From a virus (lineage: Duplodnaviria; Caudoviricetes): DNA of 40,511 nucleotides. Position 1 is the first letter of the stretch; every line of letters begins with the position of its first letter. Positions 8,080 through 16,363 of this stretch are shown here, piece after piece. The notes beneath the pieces were generated by a model. That model did not search any database. It saw only the letters and a program-made list of their open reading frames with translations, and was not told the DNA's origin. Location of the stretch: positions 1 to 40,511 of the IMG/VR virus record IMGVR_UViG_3300017658_000007; one strand, written 5' to 3'. The position numbers and the translations under genes were made by a program.

Positions 8080-8195
8080 GCCCCGCCACCGCCTTCCTCT
8101 TCTGGATACTCGGCATCTGGATCGTCCTGATGCTCGGCGCGCTTGTGTCTTCGCTGGCGCTGATGCTCCGCGATGCCCGGAGGCGAAGGCGATGA
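8076..8195 (+). CDS. small single-pass membrane protein
   Basis: MSPATAFLFWILGIWIVLMLGALVSSLALMLRDARRRRR, with ATGA overlaps at both ends. Confidence 0.7.
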   Translation: MSPATAFLFWILGIWIVLMLGALVSSLALMLRDARRRRR

Positions 8196-8947
8196 CCGAC
8201 GACGATCTCGAGATCCCGGAATTTCTGCGCCGCCCAACCGCAAAGGAGCGAGAAGAGATGGCACGACGGAAGAAGCAGGACGAGACGATCGAGACGCCGG
8301 CCGCCGGCGACGACGTCGGCAATGCCGACGCCACCGAGGCCAACGGTAGCATCGGCCACAACTCCAAGGCCGCTCCGCCCGACCTCACCGAGGAGCAGCG
8401 CCAGGCGCTCGCCCTCCAGTGGAAGAAGAAGTACCAGACCGACCTCGGTGCCAAGAAGGCGGCTGATGCTGCGCTGAAGAACACCGGCAAGCTGATCAAG
8501 GCCGAGCTCGGCGCTGACGGACTCGACCTGATCAAGGACATGATCCTCCTGGAGACGGACGACGGCGAGGAGAAGCTTCGGGCACGGGCGGAACGCGCCA
8601 AGCGCGCGGCGATGTACATGGCGGCTCCGCTCGGCTCGCAGTTCGATTTCTTCGATGACCGTATGCCGGCGACCGATCGTGCGTTCGCCGAGGGCAAGCG
8701 GGATGCGATGTCCGACCTGCCGCTCGCCAATCCCTATGATCCGTCGGTGCCTCAGTTCGGCCAGTACGCCGAAGGCTGGCACGCCGGACAGAAGGCGCTG
8801 ATCGATGCGCAGAAGGCCCGTGACGCCCGCGACTTCGGGACGGTGAGCTCGGAGGAGCAGGAGGCCCTCGACGAGATCGAGGCGAACGGCATTGCCGGCG
8901 CGATCGGTGCACACGCCGACAACGGCGCTGCGGCGCACGCTCACTGA
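8192..8947 (+). CDS. protein with N-terminal FtsZ-tail-like peptide, possible GapR-like core and RMF-like C-terminal motif
   Basis: MTDDDLEIPEFLRR; IGHNS; AFAEGKRDAM...NPY...YAEGWHAGQ. A second start at 8258 has an AAGGAG RBS. Confidence 0.7.
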   Translation: MTDDDLEIPEFLRRPTAKEREEMARRKKQDETIETPAAGDDVGNADATEANGSIGHNSKAAPPDLTEEQRQALALQWKKKYQTDLGAKKAADAALKNTGKLIKAELGADGLDLIKDMILLETDDGEEKLRARAERAKRAAMYMAAPLGSQFDFFDDRMPATDRAFAEGKRDAMSDLPLANPYDPSVPQFGQYAEGWHAGQKALIDAQKARDARDFGTVSSEEQEALDEIEANGIAGAIGAHADNGAAAHAH

Positions 8948-8954
8948 GGCTGAC

Positions 8955-9383
8955 GTGACCGCGGCCGTCATCATCCAAGTGGCAGGGCCTCCCCGAGGAA
9001 AGGGGAGGCCACGCTTCAGTCGCGCCACCGGCCGCGCCTACACGGACGCTGCGACACGTGCCTACGAGGGCGATCTTCGCGCCTATGCCGTCGATGCGAT
9101 GCGCGGCCGTGATCTGTTCGCCGGCCCCGTACTGCTCAAGCTCATGGCGATCTTCCCGATACCGGGAACATGGTCGAAGAAGAAGCGCGCTGCGGCTCTT
9201 GCCGGCGCGGTGCGGCCGACCGTCAAGCCCGACCTCGACAACATCCTGAAGCTGACCGACGCGCTCAACGGCGTGGTGTGGGTCGACGACAAACAGGTCG
9301 TCGCCATCACGCAGATCAAGGTCTATGGCGAGCGGCCGGCACTCCGGCTCGAGGTCATCCCGCTCAGCGGAGGCTCGGCATGA
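8955..9383 (+). CDS. rusA: RusA-family Holliday junction resolvase
   Basis: GPPRGKGRPRF, PTVKPDLDNILK..DALNGVVWVDDKQV and KVYG. Confidence 0.93.
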   Translation: MTAAVIIQVAGPPRGKGRPRFSRATGRAYTDAATRAYEGDLRAYAVDAMRGRDLFAGPVLLKLMAIFPIPGTWSKKKRAAALAGAVRPTVKPDLDNILKLTDALNGVVWVDDKQVVAITQIKVYGERPALRLEVIPLSGGSA

Positions 9384-9571
9384 CGGAGCGCCCCACCTGC
9401 AACCAGATCCGCGCCGCGTCCGACAACGGGTTCGCCATCTGCGGCCGATGCGGAACAGAGCATCCTACGGCCGGACAGCAACACCTCAGGAGCCCATGGC
9501 GCATCACGCCCCGCTGCATTGACTGCGGCGAACCGTTGCTGTTGCCCCGCCGCGCGGAGAAAGCCGCATGA
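9380..9571 (+). CDS. small zinc-ribbon protein
   Basis: CGRC...CIDC; ATGA-coupled on both sides. Confidence 0.7.
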   Translation: MTERPTCNQIRAASDNGFAICGRCGTEHPTAGQQHLRSPWRITPRCIDCGEPLLLPRRAEKAA

Positions 9572-9810
9572 CGGCGCGGATCATGATGCGGGACATCCTC
9601 ACCGAGGTTGCGGCCAAGCACCGGCTGCGTGTGTCGGACATAACCGGCCGCAGTCGCCTTCGCCCTATCGTCATCGCCCGGCAGGAGGTGATGTATCGCT
9701 GCCGCTCCGAGGCCGACAAGTCGTATCCGCAGATCGGCCGCTTCCTGTCCAAGGACCACACGACCGTCATCCATGGCTTCCGCAAGCATCAGGAGCGCGT
9801 GCGTCCATGA
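9568..9810 (+). CDS. stand-alone DnaA C-terminal (domain IV) HTH protein
   Basis: ILTEVAAKHRLRVSDITGRSR..IVIARQEVMY...SYPQIGRFLSKDHTTVIHG. Confidence 0.88.
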   Translation: MTARIMMRDILTEVAAKHRLRVSDITGRSRLRPIVIARQEVMYRCRSEADKSYPQIGRFLSKDHTTVIHGFRKHQERVRP

Positions 9811-10163
9811 CGGTGTCATGCCCTTGCTGCGGCCAGCCGGTGAGCGACGCTGCGACGCTGATGGTGAGCCCGGACGGGCTTGTCGTCTCGCGCTTCGGCG
9901 CGACGGCGAATCTCACCCCCGGCCAGGCCGCGGTCTTCGAGGCGATCCGGAAAAAGTACCCGGCGCACGCGACCACCGACACGATCCTGACCAGCCTCTA
10001 CTGGCGCGACGATGAGCCGGAGTGGTCCGAGAGTGTCTTGTCGGTCCATCTGCACAACCTCCGCCGCCGCCTCGCACCGCTCGGCCTGAGCATCCGCAAC
10101 GTCTGGCATACCGGCTATCGCCTCGTGTTCCACGACAAGCCGGTCGAGAGGGCCGCCGCATGA
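9807..10163 (+). CDS. CPCC motif plus OmpR/CtrA-type winged-helix protein (no receiver domain)
   Basis: CPCCGQ; LTPGQAAVF..LYWRDDEPE..VLSVHLHNLRRRL..IRNVWHTGYRL. Confidence 0.85.
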   Translation: MTVSCPCCGQPVSDAATLMVSPDGLVVSRFGATANLTPGQAAVFEAIRKKYPAHATTDTILTSLYWRDDEPEWSESVLSVHLHNLRRRLAPLGLSIRNVWHTGYRLVFHDKPVERAAA

Positions 10164-10414
10164 GCGCGCATTCCGATCCCGACCTCTGCGATCTTGACGC
10201 GGGCCACATCGATTTTTCCCGCCTGTCCCAGGACACAGCGCGGAGAACCCTACGCTTCTCCGTAACGGCCATGCTGCTCTGCGCACGGGGCAACGGCGCC
10301 ACGCTGGCCACCATGAAAGCGCTCATCTTGCACCTCCGTTCGCCGGACGTCGCAATCCTCACCGATAGCGACGCTGCCGACATCATCGATCACCTTGGAC
10401 TAGGGAGCGCCTGA
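10160..10414 (+). CDS. hypothetical protein
   Basis: MSAHSDPDL...; ATGA-coupled and abutting the next gene. Confidence 0.7.
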   Translation: MSAHSDPDLCDLDAGHIDFSRLSQDTARRTLRFSVTAMLLCARGNGATLATMKALILHLRSPDVAILTDSDAADIIDHLGLGSA

Positions 10415-10415
10415 G

Positions 10416-11153
10416 ATGGCTCGCATACGGAGCATCTTCCCCGAGATGGCGACCGACGAGGCCTACATGGCCATGTCGGCCTACACCAAGGCAGCTTGGC
10501 CGCTCCTATGGACGCAATGCGACGACCACGGCGTCTTCGAATGGAAGCCTCTGGTGCTCAAGGCGCGCATCCTGCCGGCCGACATGATCGACTTCGAGAC
10601 GATCTTGGCGGAACTGGTCTCGCTTGATCGGGTCCGCAAGGTGGAAATCGATGGCCGCGAATATGGGTTGGTGAGGAACTTCGGCAAGTTCCAGAGACCC
10701 AGAAAGCCGAACTACCTGTTCCCTGTGCCGGATGAGTACCGATCGTACCTCGCTTTAAGCGGCCCGAGTACGGAACCGGGGCCGCTTGAAGATGACCCGG
10801 TTCCGCAAAAGTCCGGAAGCGCTCCGCAGATGGAGGATGGAGGAGGGAGTAGGAAGAGGGAGAACAAGAAACCAGAACCTGTCGGTTCTGGCGGCGAGCC
10901 GCCGTCAACATCGCAGTTCATTTTCGCCAAGGGCCGGGAATTGCTGGCTTTGGCGGAAAGGCCGCCAAAGGACCCCGGAGCGTTGATCGGCAAGTGGCTG
11001 CGAGAAAGCGGCGACGACGCGGTGTTGCTGGCCCTGAAATCCTGCGAGGCCAAGCGAACGCCGGACCCGGTTTCGTACATCACGGCGGCGCTGCGAAAGC
11101 GCGGGCCGCCCGGTGCTCCGAACGATGACGCGATCTACCGAGGGGTTCTGTGA
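10416..11153 (+). CDS. phage replication initiator (O-like)
   Basis: MARIRSIFPE...LWTQCDDHG...NFGKFQRP N-terminus, a linker, and a C-terminal DPVSYI domain; lies upstream of the helicase. Confidence 0.78.
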   Translation: MARIRSIFPEMATDEAYMAMSAYTKAAWPLLWTQCDDHGVFEWKPLVLKARILPADMIDFETILAELVSLDRVRKVEIDGREYGLVRNFGKFQRPRKPNYLFPVPDEYRSYLALSGPSTEPGPLEDDPVPQKSGSAPQMEDGGGSRKRENKKPEPVGSGGEPPSTSQFIFAKGRELLALAERPPKDPGALIGKWLRESGDDAVLLALKSCEAKRTPDPVSYITAALRKRGPPGAPNDDAIYRGVL

Positions 11154-12979
11154 TGGCGGACATCACCGAGATCTCGCGCGGCCTCGCATCCCGGGCGCAG
11201 TCGGTCGCCGAGTACCTGCTGCCGAACGGCCGGAAGTTCAGTCAGGAATGGTCGGTCGGGTCCATCCATGGCGAGCAGGGCGACAGCCTCAAGGTCCACC
11301 TCAGCGGCCCGAAGGCCGGCGTGTGGTCCGACTTCGCAACGGGCGAGAAGGGCGACCTGATCGACCTGTGGTCCGCGGTGCGCCGGGTGAACCTCGCCGA
11401 GGCGATCAACGAAGCGCGGGAGTGGCTGGGCCTCTCCCGGCCGGCGCCGTACCGTGACCCTCGGCCGAGCTACACGCGGCCGGCTCGGCCGAAGTGCACC
11501 GCGGCGGCGGGCTCGGTGTTCGACTACCTCACGGTGGATCGTAACCTGCCATCGGCAGTGCTCCAGGCCTATCGGGTCGGCTCGACGGAGACCGAGATCG
11601 TTTTCCCGTTCCTGCTGCCGGGCGGCGATCTCGCCATGGCGAAGGTGCGGAAGGCAGAGGCCGGAGCATCCCCGAAGCCGACTGCGGCGAATTGCGAGCC
11701 GGTGCTGTTCGGTTGGCAGGCGATCCCGGACGATGCCCGCGAGGTCGTGATCACCGAAGGCGAGATAGATGCCTTGAGCATGGCGGCCTATGGCCATCCG
11801 GCGATGTCCGTGCCGTTCGGTGGCGGTGGTGGCGGCAAGCAGAAATGGATCGAAAGCGAGTTCGAGCGGATGGACCGCTTCGAACGGATCTACATCGCCA
11901 CCGACATGGACAAGCCCGGCGACGAGGCCGCCGAGGAGATCGCCAACCGCCTTGGCCGGCATCGATGCCTGCGGGTGAAGCTGCCGCTCAAGGATGCGAA
12001 CGCCTGCCTGGTCGATGGCATCGGCAAGGACGCGATCGATGCTGCGATTCGCGACGCGGCGCACCTCGATCCCGAGGGCCTGCGCCAGCCGACCGGGTTC
12101 AGCGCCCAGGTCATCGAACTGTTCTGGCCGGCGCACGAGACGCATGTCGGATATCGCCCGCCTTACGGCAAGCTCCGCGATCGGCTGCTGTTCCGTCCGG
12201 CGGAGGTGACGCTATGGGGCGGCGAGTCCGGTGCCGGCAAGAGCCAGATCCTTTCGGACTGCATCGTCGACTGGATCAACCAGGGCAGTCGGGTGTGTCT
12301 GTCGTCGCTCGAGATGAAGGCGGCGCAGACCCTCAAGCGCATGTGCAAGCAGGTGGTCGGGGTCGACCGGCCGACCGAGCAGGCGATCATCAATTCGCTG
12401 ACGTGGCTCGATCGTGGCCTGCTGCTCTACGAGCGCGTCGGCAAAGCCAGTGTCGACGGGTTGCTCGAGGTGTTCGACTATGCCCGCGCCAAGTACGGCT
12501 GCGACCAGTTCGTGATCGACAGCCTGATGCGCCTCGGCATCGCCAGCGACGACTACACGGGGCAGGAAAAGGCGGTGTTCCGGCTGGTCGACTGGACGCT
12601 CGCGAACAACGTCCACACGCACCTCGTCGCCCATGCCCGGAAGGGCGGGCAGATGCGATCGGGCCCCTCGGAAACCGAGGACATCAAGGGCGCGATGGAG
12701 ATCGGCGCCAACGCCTTCAACATCATCACGGTGTGGCGGAACCGTCGGCTCGAGGACGAGATCAAGGCCGCGGAGACCGAGGAGGAACGGGAGGCGCTGA
12801 CGCAGAAGCCCGGCGTGATCGTCAACGTCGCCAAGCAGCGGAACGGCGACTTCGAGGGCAAGGTCGGCCTCTGGTTCGACGACAAGAGCTACCGGTACTT
12901 CGCGACCAGCGAGAAGAGCCAGTGGCTGCGCAGCTATCTGCGGGCCGACGATCGGCTCCCGATCGAAGAGGCGGCGTGA
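11150..12979 (+). CDS. bifunctional primase-helicase (TOPRIM plus SF4/DnaB; T7 gp4/Twinkle-like)
   Basis: VITEGEIDALS, IATDMDKPG and KDAN (TOPRIM); Walker A GESGAGKS; FVIDSLM; HLVAHARK; VAKQRNG. Confidence 0.93.
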   Translation: MMADITEISRGLASRAQSVAEYLLPNGRKFSQEWSVGSIHGEQGDSLKVHLSGPKAGVWSDFATGEKGDLIDLWSAVRRVNLAEAINEAREWLGLSRPAPYRDPRPSYTRPARPKCTAAAGSVFDYLTVDRNLPSAVLQAYRVGSTETEIVFPFLLPGGDLAMAKVRKAEAGASPKPTAANCEPVLFGWQAIPDDAREVVITEGEIDALSMAAYGHPAMSVPFGGGGGGKQKWIESEFERMDRFERIYIATDMDKPGDEAAEEIANRLGRHRCLRVKLPLKDANACLVDGIGKDAIDAAIRDAAHLDPEGLRQPTGFSAQVIELFWPAHETHVGYRPPYGKLRDRLLFRPAEVTLWGGESGAGKSQILSDCIVDWINQGSRVCLSSLEMKAAQTLKRMCKQVVGVDRPTEQAIINSLTWLDRGLLLYERVGKASVDGLLEVFDYARAKYGCDQFVIDSLMRLGIASDDYTGQEKAVFRLVDWTLANNVHTHLVAHARKGGQMRSGPSETEDIKGAMEIGANAFNIITVWRNRRLEDEIKAAETEEEREALTQKPGVIVNVAKQRNGDFEGKVGLWFDDKSYRYFATSEKSQWLRSYLRADDRLPIEEAA

Positions 12980-13272
12980 GCGAGGACGACATGACCACGG
13001 GCGACAGCTACCCCGGAGGAGACTACGGCCGGCATCGGTATCGGGACGAGAAGCCAGAAGGAAGCGCAGGCATGAGCGCAGTGACGATGGTGCGCGTCGT
13101 CGGCCCAAACTTCGTTGCCGGCATGGATGTGGCCAACGGCAAATGCGTCGAGTGCGCGCCGATCCTCGTCAAATGGTGCAAGGGCAAGACGGAGGATCAG
13201 TTGCGGGAGTTGTTCCGGCAGAAGGGCTGGCGCGCCTCGATCATCAACATCGATCACGTCAATCAGCTCTGA
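12976..13272 (+). CDS. hypothetical protein
   Basis: GTGA overlap with the helicase stop; VRVVGPNFVAG..APILVKW..KGW. The true start may be the internal ATG. Confidence 0.6.
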   Translation: MSEDDMTTGDSYPGGDYGRHRYRDEKPEGSAGMSAVTMVRVVGPNFVAGMDVANGKCVECAPILVKWCKGKTEDQLRELFRQKGWRASIINIDHVNQL

Positions 13273-13286
13273 GGGCGCACCACACC

Positions 13287-13877
13287 GTGAGCAAGCGGAA
13301 GAAGCGCAGGGAAGGACGAAAGCCCATGCAGGGCATTGCCCGGGAGCGGAACGGCCGCTCCTCGCGCCGCAAGGTGCACGTCCAGCAGCGAGAGGCGATG
13401 TCGGCGAAGGAAGCCCAGTCCGTCGCCGTGGAGGCCCGCATGCGCATATTCGGGCTCAGCGAGGAGCAGGCCTCCCGCAACGTCGCCGGCCGGCCCAACG
13501 CCGGCACCCTGCACGGCCGCATGTGTCTCGCCGGCGAGATCAGCCGGGCGCAGTGGGACGCGGCGGAATGGTGGATCGGCAAGCGCACGGCATGGCTCCG
13601 GGCGATCGAAACGCCGGAGCAACGGACGGGCGAGACAGGCGGCGGGACCCTCGATGAGGGCCGCCACGCCGAGTGGTGCGCAAAGGCTCGGTCGACATGG
13701 ACCGCGGTGCTCGACTGCGTCCAGCAGGCCAGCACCGAGACGCGGTCACCCCTCGCGTCGGCGCTCGATGTGATCCTGTGGCGGGGCGAGCACCTCCCGC
13801 ATCTGGTCGGGGACCTCCGCATCGCGCTCAACGCGATCCACCGGCGCTTCCTGTCGGGAGGCCGGGAAGCGGCTTGA
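13287..13877 (+). CDS. hypothetical protein at the late-regulator (Q-like) position
   Basis: Basic N-terminus, GTLHGRMCLAGEISRAQWDAA and DLRIALNAIHRRF. It is the last early gene, and the function is inferred from position only. Confidence 0.65.
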   Translation: MSKRKKRREGRKPMQGIARERNGRSSRRKVHVQQREAMSAKEAQSVAVEARMRIFGLSEEQASRNVAGRPNAGTLHGRMCLAGEISRAQWDAAEWWIGKRTAWLRAIETPEQRTGETGGGTLDEGRHAEWCAKARSTWTAVLDCVQQASTETRSPLASALDVILWRGEHLPHLVGDLRIALNAIHRRFLSGGREAA

Positions 13878-14084
13878 GGACGCACATGCCTGATCGATCA
13901 GCGCCATCAGCCGTTTGCGCAAGGCGGCATCCGGCGGCGTATAGCGGCCCTTGGCATGTGCCTGCGTCGTCGTCAGCGGCTCGCGGAGCTCGTCGGCGAC
14001 CTGCTGCCATGTCCACCCGTGCCGCTCGCGCCAGGCGCGGAGGACCTGGTCGTAGGGGCGGGGATCAGTCTCCCAGTCGTGCAC
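13746..14084 (-). CDS. XRE-like HTH protein
   Basis: VLRAWRERHGWTWQQVADELREPLTT. The GTG start has a GAGGGAG RBS, and the C-terminal tail overlaps the opposite-strand gene. Confidence 0.7.
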   Translation of the reverse strand: MHDWETDPRPYDQVLRAWRERHGWTWQQVADELREPLTTTQAHAKGRYTPPDAALRKRLMALIDQACASSSRFPASRQEAPVDRVERDAEVPDQMREVLAPPQDHIERRREG

Positions 14085-14085
14085 G

Positions 14086-15435
14086 TCACTCCCTCGTCTT
14101 GTTGCCGCCGCGGGCGCGGTTGTGGATGTTGTAGACCGTGCTGCGCGATATCCCCAGCGTTGCAGCGATGTTGCGGGCCGACTTGCCTGAGCGGAGCATT
14201 TCGAGCACGGCGGGCGCGTGGTTTGGCCTGCGCCGATGTAAGCGCGGCCGGTTGAGGAGACCATAGACTTGCTGCCTGGTGATGCCGAGGCGTGCGGCAA
14301 TCTCATCCAGGGGCACGCCGTCGGTGCCGAGCGCGCGGACTTGCGCCTTGGTCTCCGGCGTGAGGTCCGAGCGCCCCTGCCGTCCGACCACCCCCATCGT
14401 TGCCCGTATCTTGTAGACGGTCGGGTCCGGCATCCCGAGACGCTCCGCGATGGCCATGCCGGTCAGGCCCTCGCGCGTGAGCGCCATTACCTCGGCCCGG
14501 ATTTCCGGAGTGATGGCCCGGTGTGTGCCGCGGTTGCGGTGCACACGGTTGGCGATCTCGATGCCGGCCTTGGCGCAGATGTATGAGGCCTGTCCATAGC
14601 TGACGCCGGCGGCTGCGGCGGCCTCGGTGCAGGTTGCCCCCTTGCGCACCCGGGCAATCACTGCGCGCCGCTGTTCGTCGGTGATGTGGCGACTCGCGGC
14701 CCGACGCGCGGCTCTCGGTGAAATGACGCCGGCGGCGCGGCATGCGAGACGGATGAGGTCTTTGTCCCGCCCGACGGCGCGTGCAGCCTCGACGTAGGTG
14801 TGCCCCGCCGACACGAGCCGCATCGCCTCCGCGATCTCCGGATCGACCGGGGCGGTGTCGGACGTTCGCGTAGCACCATTCGGCGACCGACGGAGCATCC
14901 ACCGCAGCCGCCCGAGAGACCCGATGCTGATGTCGAGATCGGCGGCGATATCCGCCCGCGGCCGGTCGGACAGGAGTAGGGCAGCGACGTCGGGCGCCCG
15001 CCACCAGCCCGCGGGGCGGAGAACGCGGCCGAGAACGGCATGGCGTGCATTGACCACGGCTCCGACCGACACGCCATGCCTGGCGGCAAACTCCTCGATG
15101 GTCATGTCGGACAGGTCGTCGGTGCGCTCCTCCCACCAGGCCGCCCGGTCGATCTGCCAGTCATGGCCGAGGATCCGACGCAACCGCTTGATGGCGGTGC
15201 GTCCTATCGGGAGTCTGATGCGCGCAGGCGTGTGGCGCATGCTGGTGAGATAGAGCACCAGATTCTCGGTCAGGATCACGCGCGGGCCGCCCGCCTGTCC
15301 GGCGCCCCGCGGCCGATCGGAGGGCCACCCGAGGGCAAGATCGAATCCGTGCGCCGTCGGTCTATACTCGCGCACGTCCCACTCGTCGCCAAAGGCGTCG
15401 ACGATCTGGTCAACGATTGTCGCGCGGCGAGCCAA
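14086..15435 (-). CDS. multi-HTH protein (about 7 tandem HTH motifs)
   Basis: Motifs: TIEEFAARHGVSVGAV, RADIAADLDISIGSL, TYVEAARAVGRD, TCTEAAAAAGVSYGQA, TGMAIAERLGMPDPTVY, PLDEIAARLGITRQQVY and SARNIAATLGISRSTVY. A TTG start is inferred. Confidence 0.82.
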   Translation of the reverse strand: MARRATIVDQIVDAFGDEWDVREYRPTAHGFDLALGWPSDRPRGAGQAGGPRVILTENLVLYLTSMRHTPARIRLPIGRTAIKRLRRILGHDWQIDRAAWWEERTDDLSDMTIEEFAARHGVSVGAVVNARHAVLGRVLRPAGWWRAPDVAALLLSDRPRADIAADLDISIGSLGRLRWMLRRSPNGATRTSDTAPVDPEIAEAMRLVSAGHTYVEAARAVGRDKDLIRLACRAAGVISPRAARRAASRHITDEQRRAVIARVRKGATCTEAAAAAGVSYGQASYICAKAGIEIANRVHRNRGTHRAITPEIRAEVMALTREGLTGMAIAERLGMPDPTVYKIRATMGVVGRQGRSDLTPETKAQVRALGTDGVPLDEIAARLGITRQQVYGLLNRPRLHRRRPNHAPAVLEMLRSGKSARNIAATLGISRSTVYNIHNRARGGNKTRE

Positions 15436-15661
15436 GGCTCTCGTCCTGCATGAGGGCCAGCGCCGAGCGCGCCCGGTCAGGCCGGTCGGTCTCGAGCCAC
15501 GCCCCGCGCTCGTCGCGGAGCCGACGGAACGTCGCCCCGTCGAGGACGTCGCTGCTCCGCGCATAGAGCAGGACGCCGGCCCCGTACGAGGACCGGCTGT
15601 CGTGCACCGTCCAGCGGAGAGACCGCGAGGGCTCGCCTGGAATGTGGAGGCGGTAGGGCAT
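15410..15661 (-). CDS. hypothetical protein
   Basis: 83-aa ORF, TGATG-coupled to the upstream gene. Confidence 0.7.
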   Translation of the reverse strand: MPYRLHIPGEPSRSLRWTVHDSRSSYGAGVLLYARSSDVLDGATFRRLRDERGAWLETDRPDRARSALALMQDESLGSPRDNR

Positions 15662-15936
15662 CAGGGCCGCATGTCGTCGGCGAGGTGGCGGTCGTAGACC
15701 TCATCCGGCGTCGCGGCGTCGGTCCACGACGTGAGGCCGGATGACCCAGACCCGACGAAAACGATCCCGCCGCGTTGCGCCTCGGCATGGTGGACGATCT
15801 GATAGCACTGGTTGGAGACGGTCGCCCCCTCGTAGGGCGCCTCCCAGGCGGTCCACTCTGACGGATCGGTATCGTCGAGCTCGTCGCGCAAATCGGCGAC
15901 GACGTCAGCGATGGCGATGGCGGTGAGGTTGGTCAT
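15661..15936 (-). CDS. hypothetical acidic protein
   Basis: MTNLTAIAIADVVADLRDELDD... with a GAGGGG RBS. Confidence 0.72.
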   Translation of the reverse strand: MTNLTAIAIADVVADLRDELDDTDPSEWTAWEAPYEGATVSNQCYQIVHHAEAQRGGIVFVGSGSSGLTSWTDAATPDEVYDRHLADDMRP

Positions 15937-15947
15937 TGTCGCGCCCC

Positions 15948-16298
15948 TCACAGCGAGTACGTGGCACCGTCGGCGCCGGTCACAAACTCGGCGATGGCGA
16001 GCCCGGTGACCGTAAAGTCGACCAGACTGTTGCCAACGACGCCGTTGCCGGCAGCGTAGAGATCGCCCGCGATATCGTTGAGCGTCGTCCCGTCGACGAT
16101 ATCGTCCTCGTCGATCACGATGATCTCGGGCGAGAGGCCCAGCTCGGCGGCGGCGGCCAGCCGATGCGATCCCTCGATCGCAACCAGACCATAGCAGGTC
16201 TCGACTGCGCGGATGACCGGAGCGCCAAGGACGCGCATCTCCTCGATCACCTCGGCGAGGTGATCGGCGTCGGTCGGGTTGATGGCGGTGATGTACAT
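15948..16298 (-). CDS. small ParB/Srx-like domain protein
   Basis: HLAEVIEEMRVLGAPVIRA...AIEGSHRLAAAAELG (GxHR motif); GGAG RBS. Confidence 0.75.
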   Translation of the reverse strand: MYITAINPTDADHLAEVIEEMRVLGAPVIRAVETCYGLVAIEGSHRLAAAAELGLSPEIIVIDEDDIVDGTTLNDIAGDLYAAGNGVVGNSLVDFTVTGLAIAEFVTGADGATYSL

Positions 16299-16363
16299 CC
16301 TGGGTCTCCAGAGCCGCTCTACCCCCGCGGCGCGGGCGGCAACTTCGTGCTGCCGATGAATGG

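Noticed and set aside
14086-15435. Transposase or IS element
   Set aside because: Only HTH modules are present; there is no DDE or serine/tyrosine recombinase domain and no terminal inverted repeats were seen.
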